A stretch of DNA of 64,000 bases from an uncultured Chloroflexia bacterium (lineage in GTDB: Bacteria > Chloroflexota > Limnocylindria > QHBO01). The stretch is from NCBI GenBank assembly GCA_963839635.1, contig CAWIVT010000008.1, positions 381,657-445,656 of the forward strand. Reading direction: 5' to 3'. The translations under genes and the position numbers were made by a program. The notes beneath the pieces were generated by a model that searched no databases, was not told the origin of the DNA, and saw only the letters and a program-made list of their open reading frames with translations. Numbering within the stretch: position 1 is the stretch's first letter; every line of letters starts with the position of its first letter. Below, in pieces: positions 9,389-19,748 of the stretch.

Positions 9389-10699
9389 ATGCATCGGCTC
9401 GTGCGCGCACGTCCCATCACTCGACTTCCTGCCGTCACCGATTGGCGCGCCTTCGCGGCACGCCCATATCGGCCCTTCCGGCTGCTCGCCATCGCCCAGG
9501 GCTTCATCGGCGCCCTGACCGGGCCGGCCATCACCATCCCCCTCCTCCTGGCGCTGGGTGCGCATCCGGCACTGGCGACGGCGCTGGCGGTCCTGCCCGC
9601 CGTCGGCACCATGTCGCAGCGCTGGCTGCCCGCCATGCTCGACAAGACCGATGGCAATCTGCGCGGCATCGTCATCCTCTTCGCCACCATCGGAGAGCCG
9701 CGCGGGTTCCTGCTGGCGGCCGTGGTGGCCCTCGCCGCGCTCGGCCTGATGCCGGCGTGGGCGGCGATCGCGCTGATCGGCATCATCAGCGGCCTCCTCG
9801 GCGCCCTTGGCGCGACGGCGTACAGCCTCCAGCAGTCGTGGTACCAGATCATCCTGCCCGACGAGGAGCGTCGCCTCATCGGGCCGCGGCTTGGCGGCAT
9901 CACCCTGGGCATCGGCTCCGTCATCCTGCTCCCGCTCGCGTTCACCATCGACGGCCTGGTCGAGGCGGTCGGGCTGTGGGCATACGCCGGGCCGCTCCTT
10001 GTGGCCGGGGTCACCGGGATCGTTCCGATCCTCGTCCTGCGCCGCCTCCGATCGCCGGGCCGGATCCGGGTCCCGCGGCAGACGCCGTGGGGCAGCGAGT
10101 CGCAGGCACGTCTGCGGCGGCACGGCAACGTCATGACTCTCGCCCTGCTGTCGGCCGGACTGTCGCCATTCCTCTCGGTCTACGCGATCTCGGTCCTCGG
10201 CACGGGGGCCGGCTTCGCCATCGCCCTGAGCGCCATCAGCTCCGGGACGCTCGTCCTCGCGTCGCTGTACGTCAGCACCCACCTGCGCGGCGGCTCCGCC
10301 TCGCTCCTGCTGCGCCGCTCGTTCCTGCTGCGCGGGTGCGCCCTCTTCCTGGGCCTGGCCGCGCACCCTGCCAATCCCCTCGCGCCACTCGTGCTGGTGA
10401 TGGTCGCAATCCTGATGGCCGCGGGTGACACCGCCGGGCAGCTTGCCGCCAGCGAGCGGCTCTTCCGTCTGGCAACCGGCCCGGGGATGCTCGCCTTCCA
10501 GAGCCACTTCGTGATCCGCAACGTCGGCGCCTACACCGGCGGGATCGCGGTGGCATCGTCGGTGATGCTCCTTGGCGGTTGGGCGGCATTCGCAACCCTC
10601 TTCGTCGCCGCAGGCATCGGCCGGTTCGCCGCCGCGCGCGCCACCGAGCTCCCAGAGCAGGCGACCGAGGTCCTTCCGAGCGGTTCCGTCCCGGCCTGA
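9389..10699 (+). CDS. MFS-type transporter
   Basis: About 12 hydrophobic segments. The start is placed at the internal ATG 9389 of ORF 9272..10699. Confidence 0.65.
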   Translation: MHRLVRARPITRLPAVTDWRAFAARPYRPFRLLAIAQGFIGALTGPAITIPLLLALGAHPALATALAVLPAVGTMSQRWLPAMLDKTDGNLRGIVILFATIGEPRGFLLAAVVALAALGLMPAWAAIALIGIISGLLGALGATAYSLQQSWYQIILPDEERRLIGPRLGGITLGIGSVILLPLAFTIDGLVEAVGLWAYAGPLLVAGVTGIVPILVLRRLRSPGRIRVPRQTPWGSESQARLRRHGNVMTLALLSAGLSPFLSVYAISVLGTGAGFAIALSAISSGTLVLASLYVSTHLRGGSASLLLRRSFLLRGCALFLGLAAHPANPLAPLVLVMVAILMAAGDTAGQLAASERLFRLATGPGMLAFQSHFVIRNVGAYTGGIAVASSVMLLGGWAAFATLFVAAGIGRFAAARATELPEQATEVLPSGSVPA

Positions 10700-10844
10700 G
10701 CGTCGGACCGGCGCGAGCGCCGGCGACTCGGACCAGCTCGATGACGGCGAGCGGCGCGAAAGGGGGTCCTATTGACACGTACCGGGTGCCGGGGCACCGT
10801 CGGGGCGGACCAGTCTTCCAATCCTGATCTCGCCGCAAAGCCCT

Positions 10845-13800
10845 GTGGCCACTCACGAGGGACTTCCCGGAGACCTCGTGCTGCCCACCGCCCCAAACCC
10901 GATTCCATCGGGCCAGCCCGCAGCGGACGGGTCGGCTGGCACCCCGCCACTGCGCAGCGCCGTCGCGAGCCGCGTCCTGGCCGCCTATCTCATGGTCGGC
11001 GCAGTCGCCACCCTCGCGTTCGTCCTCCTGCCGGGCATCGGCTCACCGGTGGCCTCACTCGTCATCGCGATCCTTCCGGTCATCGCCGTCATCGCGGGCG
11101 TCTGGATGTTCCGCCCGAGCGACCAACGACCCTGGTTCCTGCTCGCCGCGGGACAGGCCATGGTTCCGATCGCGGACGTCATGTGGGCGATCTCGGGGGA
11201 GCACTCCGTCGAGTCGGGGGTCCCATCGATTGCCGACTTCGTGTACCTGTCGGGCTACCCCCTCATCGTCGCGGCGTTCCTTCTCTTCATCCGCGCGCGC
11301 CAGCCGACCTACCGTCTGGCGGCAGCGGTCGATGCCCTGATCATCGCCGTGGCCGGTGGCCTGATGGTCCGTCAGCTCGTCCTCGAGCGGTTCATCTACG
11401 ACGAATCCGTCCCGATCCTGGCGCGCGCGCTGATGGTGGCGTACCCGATCGGCGACGTGGTGCTCCTGAGTGCGGCCGCGTATCTGATGCTGTCTGCCAG
11501 GCACGGTCGGGCGGCGGTCACGGTACTGGTTGCCTCCGTGTCGGCGCTCCTCGCGGCTGACGTCATCTATACGGGGGTTCCCGGCTCGTACTCACAGGGG
11601 TTGCCCCAGCCACTCTGGCTCACCAGCTATCTGCTCGTCGGGCTGGTTGCCCTCCTCCCATCGATGCGTGAGCTGACGGTGAGCCGAGGGCTGCCGGGCG
11701 CCCCGGCCGGTGGCCGTCGGATCGCCGTGCTCGGCGTCGCCGCCTCCAGCGTCCCGGCCTTCGGCCTGTACCAGTTCCTGTTCGAGGACCGACCAGACCT
11801 TCTTGCCTTCGGCGCTGCGTCGGTCTCGATGCTGGTGCTGTTCCTCCTGCGGATGTACGACCTGGCGGCGGTGCAGGGGCGCATCGAGAGGCGGTACGCG
11901 GCCCTGCTCGAGCACGCGTCAGACGCCTTCTCGGTCATGGGGCTGGACGGGCGGCGGATCTATCTCAGCCCCGCATCCGAGCGCCTGCTGGGCTACGACG
12001 GCTCGAGCGCGGAGGGCCACTCCCTCCTTGACGCCGCGCATCCGGAGGACCGCGCCGCCGTGCGAGCGGCATTCGAACGAGTCGCGGGCGCGCCCGGCGC
12101 GACCGCCGAGTTCGAGATCCGAGTGCGTCGCCGCGATGGCACGTGGTGCTGGCTCCATGCGCGGGGCACGAACCGCACCGATGAGCCGATGATCAACGGC
12201 ATCGTCTGGAACTACAACGACATCAGCGCCCGCCACGATGCCGACCAGAGGGTTCGCACCCAGGCAGGCATCCTGGCCGAGGTCCAGCATGCGGTCGTCG
12301 CCACCGATACCGACGGCCGGGTCACCTACTGGAATGGCGCCGCGGAGCGGATGTACGGCTGGCGCGAGAACGAAGTGCTCGGCCGTCTGGTGATGGAGCT
12401 CGACTTCGACCCGCACCAGGAGGTCATCGAGGAATTCATGCGCACCCTGCCTGCCAGTGGGCGCTCCACCAGCGAGTTCGCGCGCCGGCATCGCGACGGG
12501 ACACCACTCACGATCCTGGTGACCGCGTCGCGAATCAGAGACGCGACCGGGACCGTCACCGGCACGATCAGCACGGGAGTCGACATCACTGACCGCAAGG
12601 TCCTCGAATCGCGCCTCATCGAGCAGGCATTCACCGACGAGCTCACGGGGCTCGCAAACCGGACGCTCTTCCGGGATCGCCTGGCGCAGCTGATCGAAGC
12701 CGCCGGCGATGGGCCGGGTCACCCGCTGGGCATCCTCTTCCTGGACCTCGACGACTTCAAGATGGTGAACGACAGCCTCGGCCACGGCGCGGGCGACGCC
12801 CTGCTGCGCATCGTCGGCGATCGCCTACGCGGGCTCATCGGCCCGACCGACACCGTCGCGCGCCTGGGTGGCGACGAGTTCGGCATCATCATCGCGGACA
12901 CGCAGGCCACGGGGGTCGACGAGGTGGCGGCGCGGATCCTGGCGTCGATTGCCCGTCCGATTCAGCTGCCGGAGGGAGAGGTTCGCACGCATGCCTCGAT
13001 CGGCACCGTCACGAGCGCGCCAGGGCGGGAGACGACAAGCGCGGATCTGCTCCGAAGCGCCGATCTCGCGATGTACGCCGCCAAGGAGCAGGGCAAGAGC
13101 CGCCACGTCGCGTTCAACCCGACCATGCATGCAACCGCCGTGCGGCGCCTCGCCCTGAAGACGGATCTCGAACGCGCGGTCGAGCACGGTGACCTGACGC
13201 TGGCCTTCCAGCCCATCGTGAGCCTGAATGATCGGCGAGTGATCGGTGCCGAGGCGCTGGCGCGGTGGACGCATCCGGAACATGGATCGGTCTCGCCCGG
13301 CGAGTTCATCCCCCTTGCCGAGGAGTCCGGGCTCATCGTGTCCATCGGCCGCTGGGTGCTCGACGAATCCTGCCGAGTTCTCAGGACCTGGCGCGAAGCG
13401 GCCGTTGGTCCGTGGGAGGGCCCGACGATCAGTGTCAATGCGTCCGCGCGCGAGCTTCGCGATCACGCGTACCCGGACATCGTCGCTGCAACCCTGCGCC
13501 GCCACGGTCTCGATGGCGAGGCCCTGGTCATCGAGGTGACGGAGGGCGCACTGCTGCGCGACTCGGAGGTGAGTACCGGGGTTCTGGGACGCCTCAAGGC
13601 GCTCGGAGTGCAGCTGGCAGTGGACGACTTCGGGACGGGCTACTCGTCTCTCGGATACCTGTCGCGCTTCCCGCTGGACGCCCTGAAGATCGATCGCCAG
13701 TTTGTTTCATCGCCGGAAGCGGCCCAGCGGAACTGGGCTATCGCCCGCTCGATCGTCGACCTGGCAACCACGCTCCGGCTGAGAACGGTCGCCGAGGGCA

Positions 13801-13982
13801 TCGAGCACCCCGAACAGCTGGCGGCCATGGAGCGTCTGGGAGTCACCCACGGGCAGGGATACCTGCTCTCCCGGCCGGTCAGCGCGGAGGCCGTCGCGGC
13901 GATGCTCGCCGCAGGGTCCCCGCCGGTCATCGCTGGCACGACGAGACTGCACCGTCCGCGGACTACAACCGCGGCGAACTGA
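10845..13982 (+). CDS. membrane-bound PAS/PAS-GGDEF-EAL signalling protein (c-di-GMP turnover)
   Basis: Multi-TM N-terminus followed by two PAS-like modules. GGDEF is encoded at 12867-12881 and EAL at 13251-13259. The C-terminus carries DDFGTGYSSL. Confidence 0.9.
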   Translation: MATHEGLPGDLVLPTAPNPIPSGQPAADGSAGTPPLRSAVASRVLAAYLMVGAVATLAFVLLPGIGSPVASLVIAILPVIAVIAGVWMFRPSDQRPWFLLAAGQAMVPIADVMWAISGEHSVESGVPSIADFVYLSGYPLIVAAFLLFIRARQPTYRLAAAVDALIIAVAGGLMVRQLVLERFIYDESVPILARALMVAYPIGDVVLLSAAAYLMLSARHGRAAVTVLVASVSALLAADVIYTGVPGSYSQGLPQPLWLTSYLLVGLVALLPSMRELTVSRGLPGAPAGGRRIAVLGVAASSVPAFGLYQFLFEDRPDLLAFGAASVSMLVLFLLRMYDLAAVQGRIERRYAALLEHASDAFSVMGLDGRRIYLSPASERLLGYDGSSAEGHSLLDAAHPEDRAAVRAAFERVAGAPGATAEFEIRVRRRDGTWCWLHARGTNRTDEPMINGIVWNYNDISARHDADQRVRTQAGILAEVQHAVVATDTDGRVTYWNGAAERMYGWRENEVLGRLVMELDFDPHQEVIEEFMRTLPASGRSTSEFARRHRDGTPLTILVTASRIRDATGTVTGTISTGVDITDRKVLESRLIEQAFTDELTGLANRTLFRDRLAQLIEAAGDGPGHPLGILFLDLDDFKMVNDSLGHGAGDALLRIVGDRLRGLIGPTDTVARLGGDEFGIIIADTQATGVDEVAARILASIARPIQLPEGEVRTHASIGTVTSAPGRETTSADLLRSADLAMYAAKEQGKSRHVAFNPTMHATAVRRLALKTDLERAVEHGDLTLAFQPIVSLNDRRVIGAEALARWTHPEHGSVSPGEFIPLAEESGLIVSIGRWVLDESCRVLRTWREAAVGPWEGPTISVNASARELRDHAYPDIVAATLRRHGLDGEALVIEVTEGALLRDSEVSTGVLGRLKALGVQLAVDDFGTGYSSLGYLSRFPLDALKIDRQFVSSPEAAQRNWAIARSIVDLATTLRLRTVAEGIEHPEQLAAMERLGVTHGQGYLLSRPVSAEAVAAMLAAGSPPVIAGTTRLHRPRTTTAAN

Positions 13983-13987
13983 CTGCC

Positions 13988-16129
13988 CTAGCGCGAGAGA
14001 TCGACGGGCTCGCCGTCGATGGTGCCAGTGATCGTTACCTGCCAGGTCTCGGTTGACTCGTAGGTGACGTTCCCATTCGGCACCTCGAGTTCCATGGTAG
14101 TGGTGAAGTTCGGCAGGAGGTCGACCGACCCGCTCAGCGGCCAGCCGACGAGCACCTGACACTCGTGGAGCTCGAAGGCCTGGTGACCTCCCCAGGTCAT
14201 CTGCATCCAGCCGCCGTGCGGGCAGCCCAGTCGGCGCGCAGCGCCGTCCCAGTAGACAAAGTCGGGCATCGTAATCAACGTCTGCTCAACCGCCACGAGC
14301 GCCTCGAGGACGTCAGGGTAGGCGTCCACACCGTCGAGTGGCAGCGGCATGTATGGATCCACCAGGTACCCGTCGCATTGAGTCCGCTCGTTTTCCGGAA
14401 GGTCCCCAAAGACCAGGAACTCCTTGACGATGTCGTCGGGGCACGCCAGCCCCCAGCCGAACGAGCCGTGCGAGCCGTCGCTCGTGACGATGAGGTACGC
14501 ATCTCCGTGGCGGCCCGCCACTGCCTCTGCCCACGACATCGGGGTCGCGGGATCCGCCTCGGAGGTGAGCACCAGCATCGGATAGTCGACCTCTGTATCA
14601 GTGCTGACGACCAGCGGATCCGCCGCGCCGGCAAAGCCGCCGAAGCAGGGAAGGCTGCTCAACGCGAGTGAGGCCATTCGCGCGCCCTCGCGAGCCAGCC
14701 GCTGGGTTTCCCCATGCAGTTGGGCCAGCCCACCTTCGCGATCGGCCGGAAACGCCTGGCACGCGACCGCATAGAAGCCGGCGGAGGACTCGTAGAACGT
14801 CGACAGGGGGCGCCCGGTCTCGGGATCGCGGCCCACGAGGATCGCGGAGACGCGCGCGAGCGGCTTGAGATCGCCGCGGGCCGACGAGGCAAGGATGCGA
14901 AGCAGCATGGAGCGATCGTGCTCGGTGTAGAGCAACGCGCCCGACGTGCCGATCAGGTCGTCGCGGCTTATCGGCACCGTGACCAAAGAGCCGTCGCGAG
15001 TCGGAAGTTCGACCTCGATACGTTCTTCCCGGAGGCGGTCGGCCAGCTCGTCCCACGCGCGTGCGGCGGTCGTACCGGGGAAGTCGTCGGCGCAGAACGG
15101 GTCGTCCACGCATGCATCAAGCACGCGATCGAGAAGGTCGCTGAAGGCCGATGCCTGCTGGATGGAGGCCTCGACGGCAGCGATCGTCGGATCAACGACC
15201 GCGTCAAGGATGAGACCCGCCACCCGTTCCGGACGATGCGCCGCGTACGTCTGCACGAGGTCCGTGCCATAGCTCTCGCCGTACAACATGACCGCGCCGG
15301 CGCCGATGTGATCGAGATAGGCATCGAGGTCTGCCGCGGCCTGGAACGTGGCGTAGGCATCCAGGGCCGATGGATCGTCGATGCCTGCCTCGGCCAGGCA
15401 CATGTCAACCCACTCGGCCGCGACGCGCCCCACGTCGGCGAGGTCATTCGTGACGAGGTCCGACCAGCCGGGCATCTCAGCGTCCGCCTCCTCGCAGCCG
15501 ATCGCGGCCGATCGCCGGACTCCTCGCTGCTCGAAGAAGACGACGTCGTACTTGTCGAGCACGGCATCCGGCAGCGCCGCGATGAAGCCCGGGGAGAGCT
15601 CGATGCCGCTCGAGCCCGGGCCGCCAGTGGCGATCACCAGGGTGCCGCTGCGCTCGTCTGGATCGGCCTCGTGGACCCCGAAGCGAACTTCGACCGTCTC
15701 GTCGTCGGGATCGGCGTGGTCGCGCGGAACGACCAACCGCACACACTCGAGCTCGCCCGACGCACAGGCCTCATCAGAGACCGAGGAGGTGGTGCCGAAG
15801 GGCCGGCCGAGGCCGGTCACCTCGCCCGAGTCAGAAGACTCGGATGACCCCTCCGACGCACCGCTCGATGACGCTGGCGAGCCAGTCGCCTCCGCAGTCG
15901 GGACGCCCAGACGACTGATCACGGCCGCCGCACCCAGCAGCAGCAGAGCGGCAATGACGCCGGCAGCCGCAACGAGTTGTGGGCGGGGACGCGCCGAACC
16001 TACCGGGATGGGGCGTTCGAGGGCGGCGCCACAGAAGGTGCAGAAACGATCGCCGGCCTCGGACCACGTGGCGCACTGACGGCAGGGCATCCGGTCAGGC
16101 CCGGGCTGGATCCACGCGCGATCGGACAC
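13988..16129 (-). CDS. alpha/beta hydrolase (tripeptidyl-aminopeptidase-like) with N-terminal zinc ribbon and TM anchor
   Basis: N-terminal zinc ribbon CRQCATW...CTFCGAAL, then a TM segment and a Ser-rich linker. The nucleophile elbow is GESYGT. Confidence 0.8.
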   Translation of the reverse strand: MSDRAWIQPGPDRMPCRQCATWSEAGDRFCTFCGAALERPIPVGSARPRPQLVAAAGVIAALLLLGAAAVISRLGVPTAEATGSPASSSGASEGSSESSDSGEVTGLGRPFGTTSSVSDEACASGELECVRLVVPRDHADPDDETVEVRFGVHEADPDERSGTLVIATGGPGSSGIELSPGFIAALPDAVLDKYDVVFFEQRGVRRSAAIGCEEADAEMPGWSDLVTNDLADVGRVAAEWVDMCLAEAGIDDPSALDAYATFQAAADLDAYLDHIGAGAVMLYGESYGTDLVQTYAAHRPERVAGLILDAVVDPTIAAVEASIQQASAFSDLLDRVLDACVDDPFCADDFPGTTAARAWDELADRLREERIEVELPTRDGSLVTVPISRDDLIGTSGALLYTEHDRSMLLRILASSARGDLKPLARVSAILVGRDPETGRPLSTFYESSAGFYAVACQAFPADREGGLAQLHGETQRLAREGARMASLALSSLPCFGGFAGAADPLVVSTDTEVDYPMLVLTSEADPATPMSWAEAVAGRHGDAYLIVTSDGSHGSFGWGLACPDDIVKEFLVFGDLPENERTQCDGYLVDPYMPLPLDGVDAYPDVLEALVAVEQTLITMPDFVYWDGAARRLGCPHGGWMQMTWGGHQAFELHECQVLVGWPLSGSVDLLPNFTTTMELEVPNGNVTYESTETWQVTITGTIDGEPVDLSR

Positions 16130-16216
16130 GAATGCGCCGCTCCCCTCTGGGCGCCGGATGGTCGACGCCGCATGGGACGCAACCTACGCGAGCGTCCGGC
16201 CCCTGTCCATAGTCAA

Positions 16217-16232
16217 TTGCGCCATTGCGCAA
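16217..16232. promoter_or_regulatory. candidate ArsR/SmtB operator (inverted repeat TTGCGC-N4-GCGCAA)
   Basis: The palindrome lies 12 nt upstream of the arsR-like start codon. It is an unusually AT-containing patch. Confidence 0.3.
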
Positions 16233-16243
16233 GTTCTGAGACA

Positions 16244-16546
16244 ATGCCGCCGATGGAAGCGACGCGAACCACCGACGCGACGCGCGCCCACGCGGCGAGC
16301 ATCGCCCGCGCACTTGCCGATCCCAAGCGCCTCTGCGTGCTGGAGCAGCTTGCCAGTGGCGAGCGCAGCGTCAGCGATCTCTCGCGAGACGTCGGCTGCC
16401 AGGTGCCCAACATGAGCCAGCACCTGACCGTGCTGCGCTCAGCCGGCCTGGTCGCAAGCCGCCGGGAGGGGAGCAACGTGTTCTATCGGCTCGTGGACGA
16501 CCGCGTCCTCGACGCCTACCGATTGCTACAGCAGGTCGCCGGCTGA
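16244..16546 (+). CDS. ArsR/SmtB-family transcriptional regulator
   Basis: Contains LADPKRLCVLEQLASGERSVSDLSRDVGCQVPNMSQHLTVLRSAGLV. An alternative start is at 16253. Confidence 0.85.
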   Translation: MPPMEATRTTDATRAHAASIARALADPKRLCVLEQLASGERSVSDLSRDVGCQVPNMSQHLTVLRSAGLVASRREGSNVFYRLVDDRVLDAYRLLQQVAG

Positions 16547-16572
16547 CGCCGGACGCCACGAAAGGAATTCAC

Positions 16573-16926
16573 GTGTCCGCAAACGTTCAAGAGGTCACCG
16601 ACGCCACCTTCGAGACCGATGTGCTCCAGAGCGAGAAGCCGGTGGTCGTCGACTTCTGGGCGGAGTGGTGCGGGCCGTGCCGCATGGTCGCGCCCGAGAT
16701 CGAGAAGCTGGCCGCCAAGTACGCCGGCACGGTCGAGGTCCGGAAGCTCGATGTCGATGCCAACCCGCAGACCGCCATGCGCTACGGGATCATGAGCATC
16801 CCGACCGTCGCCCTGTTCGCGCCGGGAGAGCCGCCGAAGGCGGCCGTCGGCTTTCGCCCGCTCGAGGCCCTCGAAGAGGCATTCAACCTGTCCAGCCTGA
16901 CCAACGGCGAGTCCGCCTCCGCCTGA
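16573..16926 (+). CDS. trxA: thioredoxin
   Basis: WCGPC is encoded at 16666-16680. The 117-aa protein has the canonical Trx sequence. Confidence 0.95.
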   Translation: MSANVQEVTDATFETDVLQSEKPVVVDFWAEWCGPCRMVAPEIEKLAAKYAGTVEVRKLDVDANPQTAMRYGIMSIPTVALFAPGEPPKAAVGFRPLEALEEAFNLSSLTNGESASA

Positions 16927-16942
16927 CCCGCCTCCGCCGATG

Positions 16943-16978
16943 CGCCCGTCCCGCCAGCCGGGGCGGGCGTTTCTCGTT
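16943..16978 (+). terminator. rho-independent terminator after trxA
   Basis: A 10-bp GC stem (16943-16952 pairing with 16960-16969) is followed by TTTCTCGTT. Confidence 0.65.
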
Positions 16979-17042
16979 GGAGCGAGGCGCGACCGCGGAG
17001 GCGTGACGCCATCCGCCGAGGCTCGGCATACTTCGCCGGCAT

Positions 17043-18374
17043 ATGCGTCGCTCGCTGAACGCCGTCCTCATCGGCACCTTCACACTCCGCTTCAGCACCG
17101 GGCTGACCGGTGCCCTGCTGGTCTACTACCTCGCGGACCTCGATGCCTTCGGGGCGGCCGAGGTGACGCCGTTCCAGGTCGGCATGCTCACGGCGGCGTT
17201 CTACCTGGCCGAGCTCATCCTGTCGCCGGTGTTCGGGATGCTGTCCGATCGGCTCGGCTCGCGGCCGGTCATGCAGTTCGGGCCGGCGTTCGGCGCCGTC
17301 GCAGTGATCATGACGGCGTTCACCACCGACCTATTCCTGCTCGGCACGACCCGATGGCTCGAGGGGGCCGCGGCCGCGGCAAGCATCCCGTCCATCCTCG
17401 GCTACATCGCGCTGGCCACGTCGCACGACGAAGGGCTGCGCGGCCGCACGGTGGCCCAGTTCGAGGCGGCAACGCTCGCCGGTATCGGGCTCGGGCTGGT
17501 CGCGGGAGGCGGCCTCTGGGCGCTCCTCGGCCGCGACGCCTTCCTCCTCAACGCGCTGCTCTACGGCGTGAGCTTCCTGATCTACCGCTTCGGCGTCACC
17601 GAGGGACGGCCGGGCACGGCCGGCGACGCTCACCGGGAGCTCGAGGAGCTTGGCGCCGGCGGCGTCACGGGCGTGTCGCGAGGGTTCGACCTGGCTCGCT
17701 ACCGGCGCGTGCTGAGCAGCGGATCGGTCTGGCTGCTGGCGCCGACGTGGATCGCCATCAACGCCTTCATCGGCGCCTGGACGAGCCAGTCGATCTTCCA
17801 GCTCGTGAACGAGCCACGCCCGGGCTTCGAGGATCAGCTGCTGATGGGCGGCTTCGAGCCGGTGCAGGTCAGCATCGGGCTGGCGATCGCGCTGCTCGTC
17901 TTCTTCGCCGGACTCTTCTACTGGGGAAACCGGTTCAAGCGCTATCGGCGCACGACGATCATGGCGATCGGCGCCGCCGGCGGGGTCGCGATGGTGGCCG
18001 CCGTCTTCGGCCTCAACCACGCGGAGACGTGGGGACCCGTCCTCCGGATCGCCCTCGGGCTGGTGGCCGCTGCCGGGCTGTTCGTGCTCGCAGGCGCAAC
18101 GCCCGCGGCGCTCGGGATGCTGGCGGACATCAGCGAGGAGCACCCCGAGGACCGCGGCGCGATCATGGGCCTCTACTCCGTGTTCCTGGCGGTCGGGCAG
18201 ATCATCGGCTCGCTCATCGGTGGCGGCGCGGCCGAGTGGCTCGGCGTCGACGGGCTGCTGCTGGCGTCGGCCGGCCTGCTGGTCGTGGCGCTGGTGCCGC
18301 TTCGCTGGCTGCGCGGGTCGGAGCATCTCGTTGGGCTGCGGCCCGGCGCGGCACCCGCGGAGCAGGCGCCGTGA
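17043..18374 (+). CDS. MFS transporter
   Basis: 443 aa with 12-14 TM segments. Contains the MFS-like motif SDRLGSRPVM. Confidence 0.85.
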   Translation: MRRSLNAVLIGTFTLRFSTGLTGALLVYYLADLDAFGAAEVTPFQVGMLTAAFYLAELILSPVFGMLSDRLGSRPVMQFGPAFGAVAVIMTAFTTDLFLLGTTRWLEGAAAAASIPSILGYIALATSHDEGLRGRTVAQFEAATLAGIGLGLVAGGGLWALLGRDAFLLNALLYGVSFLIYRFGVTEGRPGTAGDAHRELEELGAGGVTGVSRGFDLARYRRVLSSGSVWLLAPTWIAINAFIGAWTSQSIFQLVNEPRPGFEDQLLMGGFEPVQVSIGLAIALLVFFAGLFYWGNRFKRYRRTTIMAIGAAGGVAMVAAVFGLNHAETWGPVLRIALGLVAAAGLFVLAGATPAALGMLADISEEHPEDRGAIMGLYSVFLAVGQIIGSLIGGGAAEWLGVDGLLLASAGLLVVALVPLRWLRGSEHLVGLRPGAAPAEQAP

Positions 18375-18733
18375 CGTATCCGCACGGCATCGGGCTCGTG
18401 CCGGAGCAGTTCGACGAGCACACGATCATCTTCCTCGTGCGCCCCGCCGATCCGCCGCCGTTCTCCGAGGACGAGCTGGATCGGCTCCAGGGCGAGCACC
18501 TGGCGTACCTGCGCGACCTCCAGCGGCGGGGAGTGCTGATCGCCAACGGCCCGCTGGCGGAGCAGACGGACGAGCGGCTGCGTGGCCTCTCGATCTACGC
18601 CGTCCCGCTGGCAGAGGCCCTCGAGATCGCAAACGCGGATCCGATGGTGCTCGCCGGGCGGCTCGAGATCCACGGCGCGCGGTGGTGGACGGCGGCCGAC
18701 ACGGCTCGATTCGGACCGCTCAGCTCAACGTAG
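18371..18733 (+). CDS. YciI-like protein
   Basis: GTG at 18371 overlaps the MFS stop (GTGA). The sequence ...LRDLQRRGVLIANGPL...ADPMVLAGRLEIH resembles the YCII family. Confidence 0.65.
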   Translation: MTYPHGIGLVPEQFDEHTIIFLVRPADPPPFSEDELDRLQGEHLAYLRDLQRRGVLIANGPLAEQTDERLRGLSIYAVPLAEALEIANADPMVLAGRLEIHGARWWTAADTARFGPLSST

Positions 18734-19600
18734 CTGCGGGAGGATGTCGGCGCCGATGCGCTCCAGCTTGGACGTATCCGACACGCGCGGCACGCTGAAG
18801 ATGAGGTGCTGGGCGCCGGCCTCGCCGAGGGCGCCGAAGCGCTCGACGGTCTCGTCGGTCGAATCGTTCTCGAGGTCGATCCCGGTCAGGACGGAGCGCT
18901 CGATCTCGTCGTAGGGACGCTCCAGCCGCTCGCAATGCTCGCGCAGCACGGCGAACTTCGCGGCGACGAACTCCGGCGAGCGGCCGAAGATGTTGCAGCC
19001 GTCGGCGTACTGCGCCACCAGGCGGAGCGTCTTCCGCTCTCCGCCGCCTCCGACCATGATCGGGACCCGGGGCTTGCTCAGCGACTGGGGTGAGTTGATC
19101 AGGTGCGTCGCCGTGAAGTGCGTGCCCTCCAGCGCCTCGCCGGTGCCGCTGCCACCCGACCACATGCCGTGCGCCATGCGCAGCGTGTCCTCCAGCCACT
19201 CGAAGCGCTCCCTGAGCGGCGGGAACGCGAAGCCGAGCGCCTTCGACTCGTGCACGTTCCAGGCGGCGCCGATCCCGAACCACGCGCGGCCGCCGCTCAG
19301 CACGTCCAGCGTGGTGGTGGCCTTGATCCAGAGCCCCGGCGGTCGGTAGTGGATGCCTCCCACCATCAGGCCCAGCCGGGCCCGTTCGGTGTGCCCCGCC
19401 AGGAAGCCGAGCGCGGTCTGCCCCTCCAGCATCGGCGCCTCGGGCGGCCCCAGGCCCCGGATCTGGAAGAAGTGGTCCATGACCCAGATCGAGTCGAACC
19501 CGGCGTCGTCGGCCGTCCGGCCGACACGTGCCAGCGTCGGACCGATGGCGGCTGCGCCGCCGGGCCAGGTGAACTGGTTGATCTGGAGCCCGAACTTCAT
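18725..19600 (-). CDS. LLM-class F420-dependent oxidoreductase
   Basis: MKFGLQINQF...FDSIWVMDHF...GGGGERKTLRLVAQYADGCN, a luciferase-like monooxygenase family signature. Confidence 0.85.
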   Translation of the reverse strand: MKFGLQINQFTWPGGAAAIGPTLARVGRTADDAGFDSIWVMDHFFQIRGLGPPEAPMLEGQTALGFLAGHTERARLGLMVGGIHYRPPGLWIKATTTLDVLSGGRAWFGIGAAWNVHESKALGFAFPPLRERFEWLEDTLRMAHGMWSGGSGTGEALEGTHFTATHLINSPQSLSKPRVPIMVGGGGERKTLRLVAQYADGCNIFGRSPEFVAAKFAVLREHCERLERPYDEIERSVLTGIDLENDSTDETVERFGALGEAGAQHLIFSVPRVSDTSKLERIGADILPQLR

Positions 19601-19748
19601 GGCGTGATCGTGCCACGGCCGGTCAGGTTTCGCGCGAATGGGCTCCAAGCCACGACCATCGACGAGATGGACGCCCAACCAGGCGCGATTCGCACGTTGA
19701 AGCGGGCGTGAGGGCGGACCGTGGTACGCGACCTGCTTCAGGGAGGTC

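Noticed and set aside
10772-10777. Perfect TTGACA -35 hexamer upstream of the GGDEF-EAL gene
   Set aside because: There is no acceptable TANNNT -10 hexamer at 16-18 bp spacing. It cannot be called a promoter by eye.
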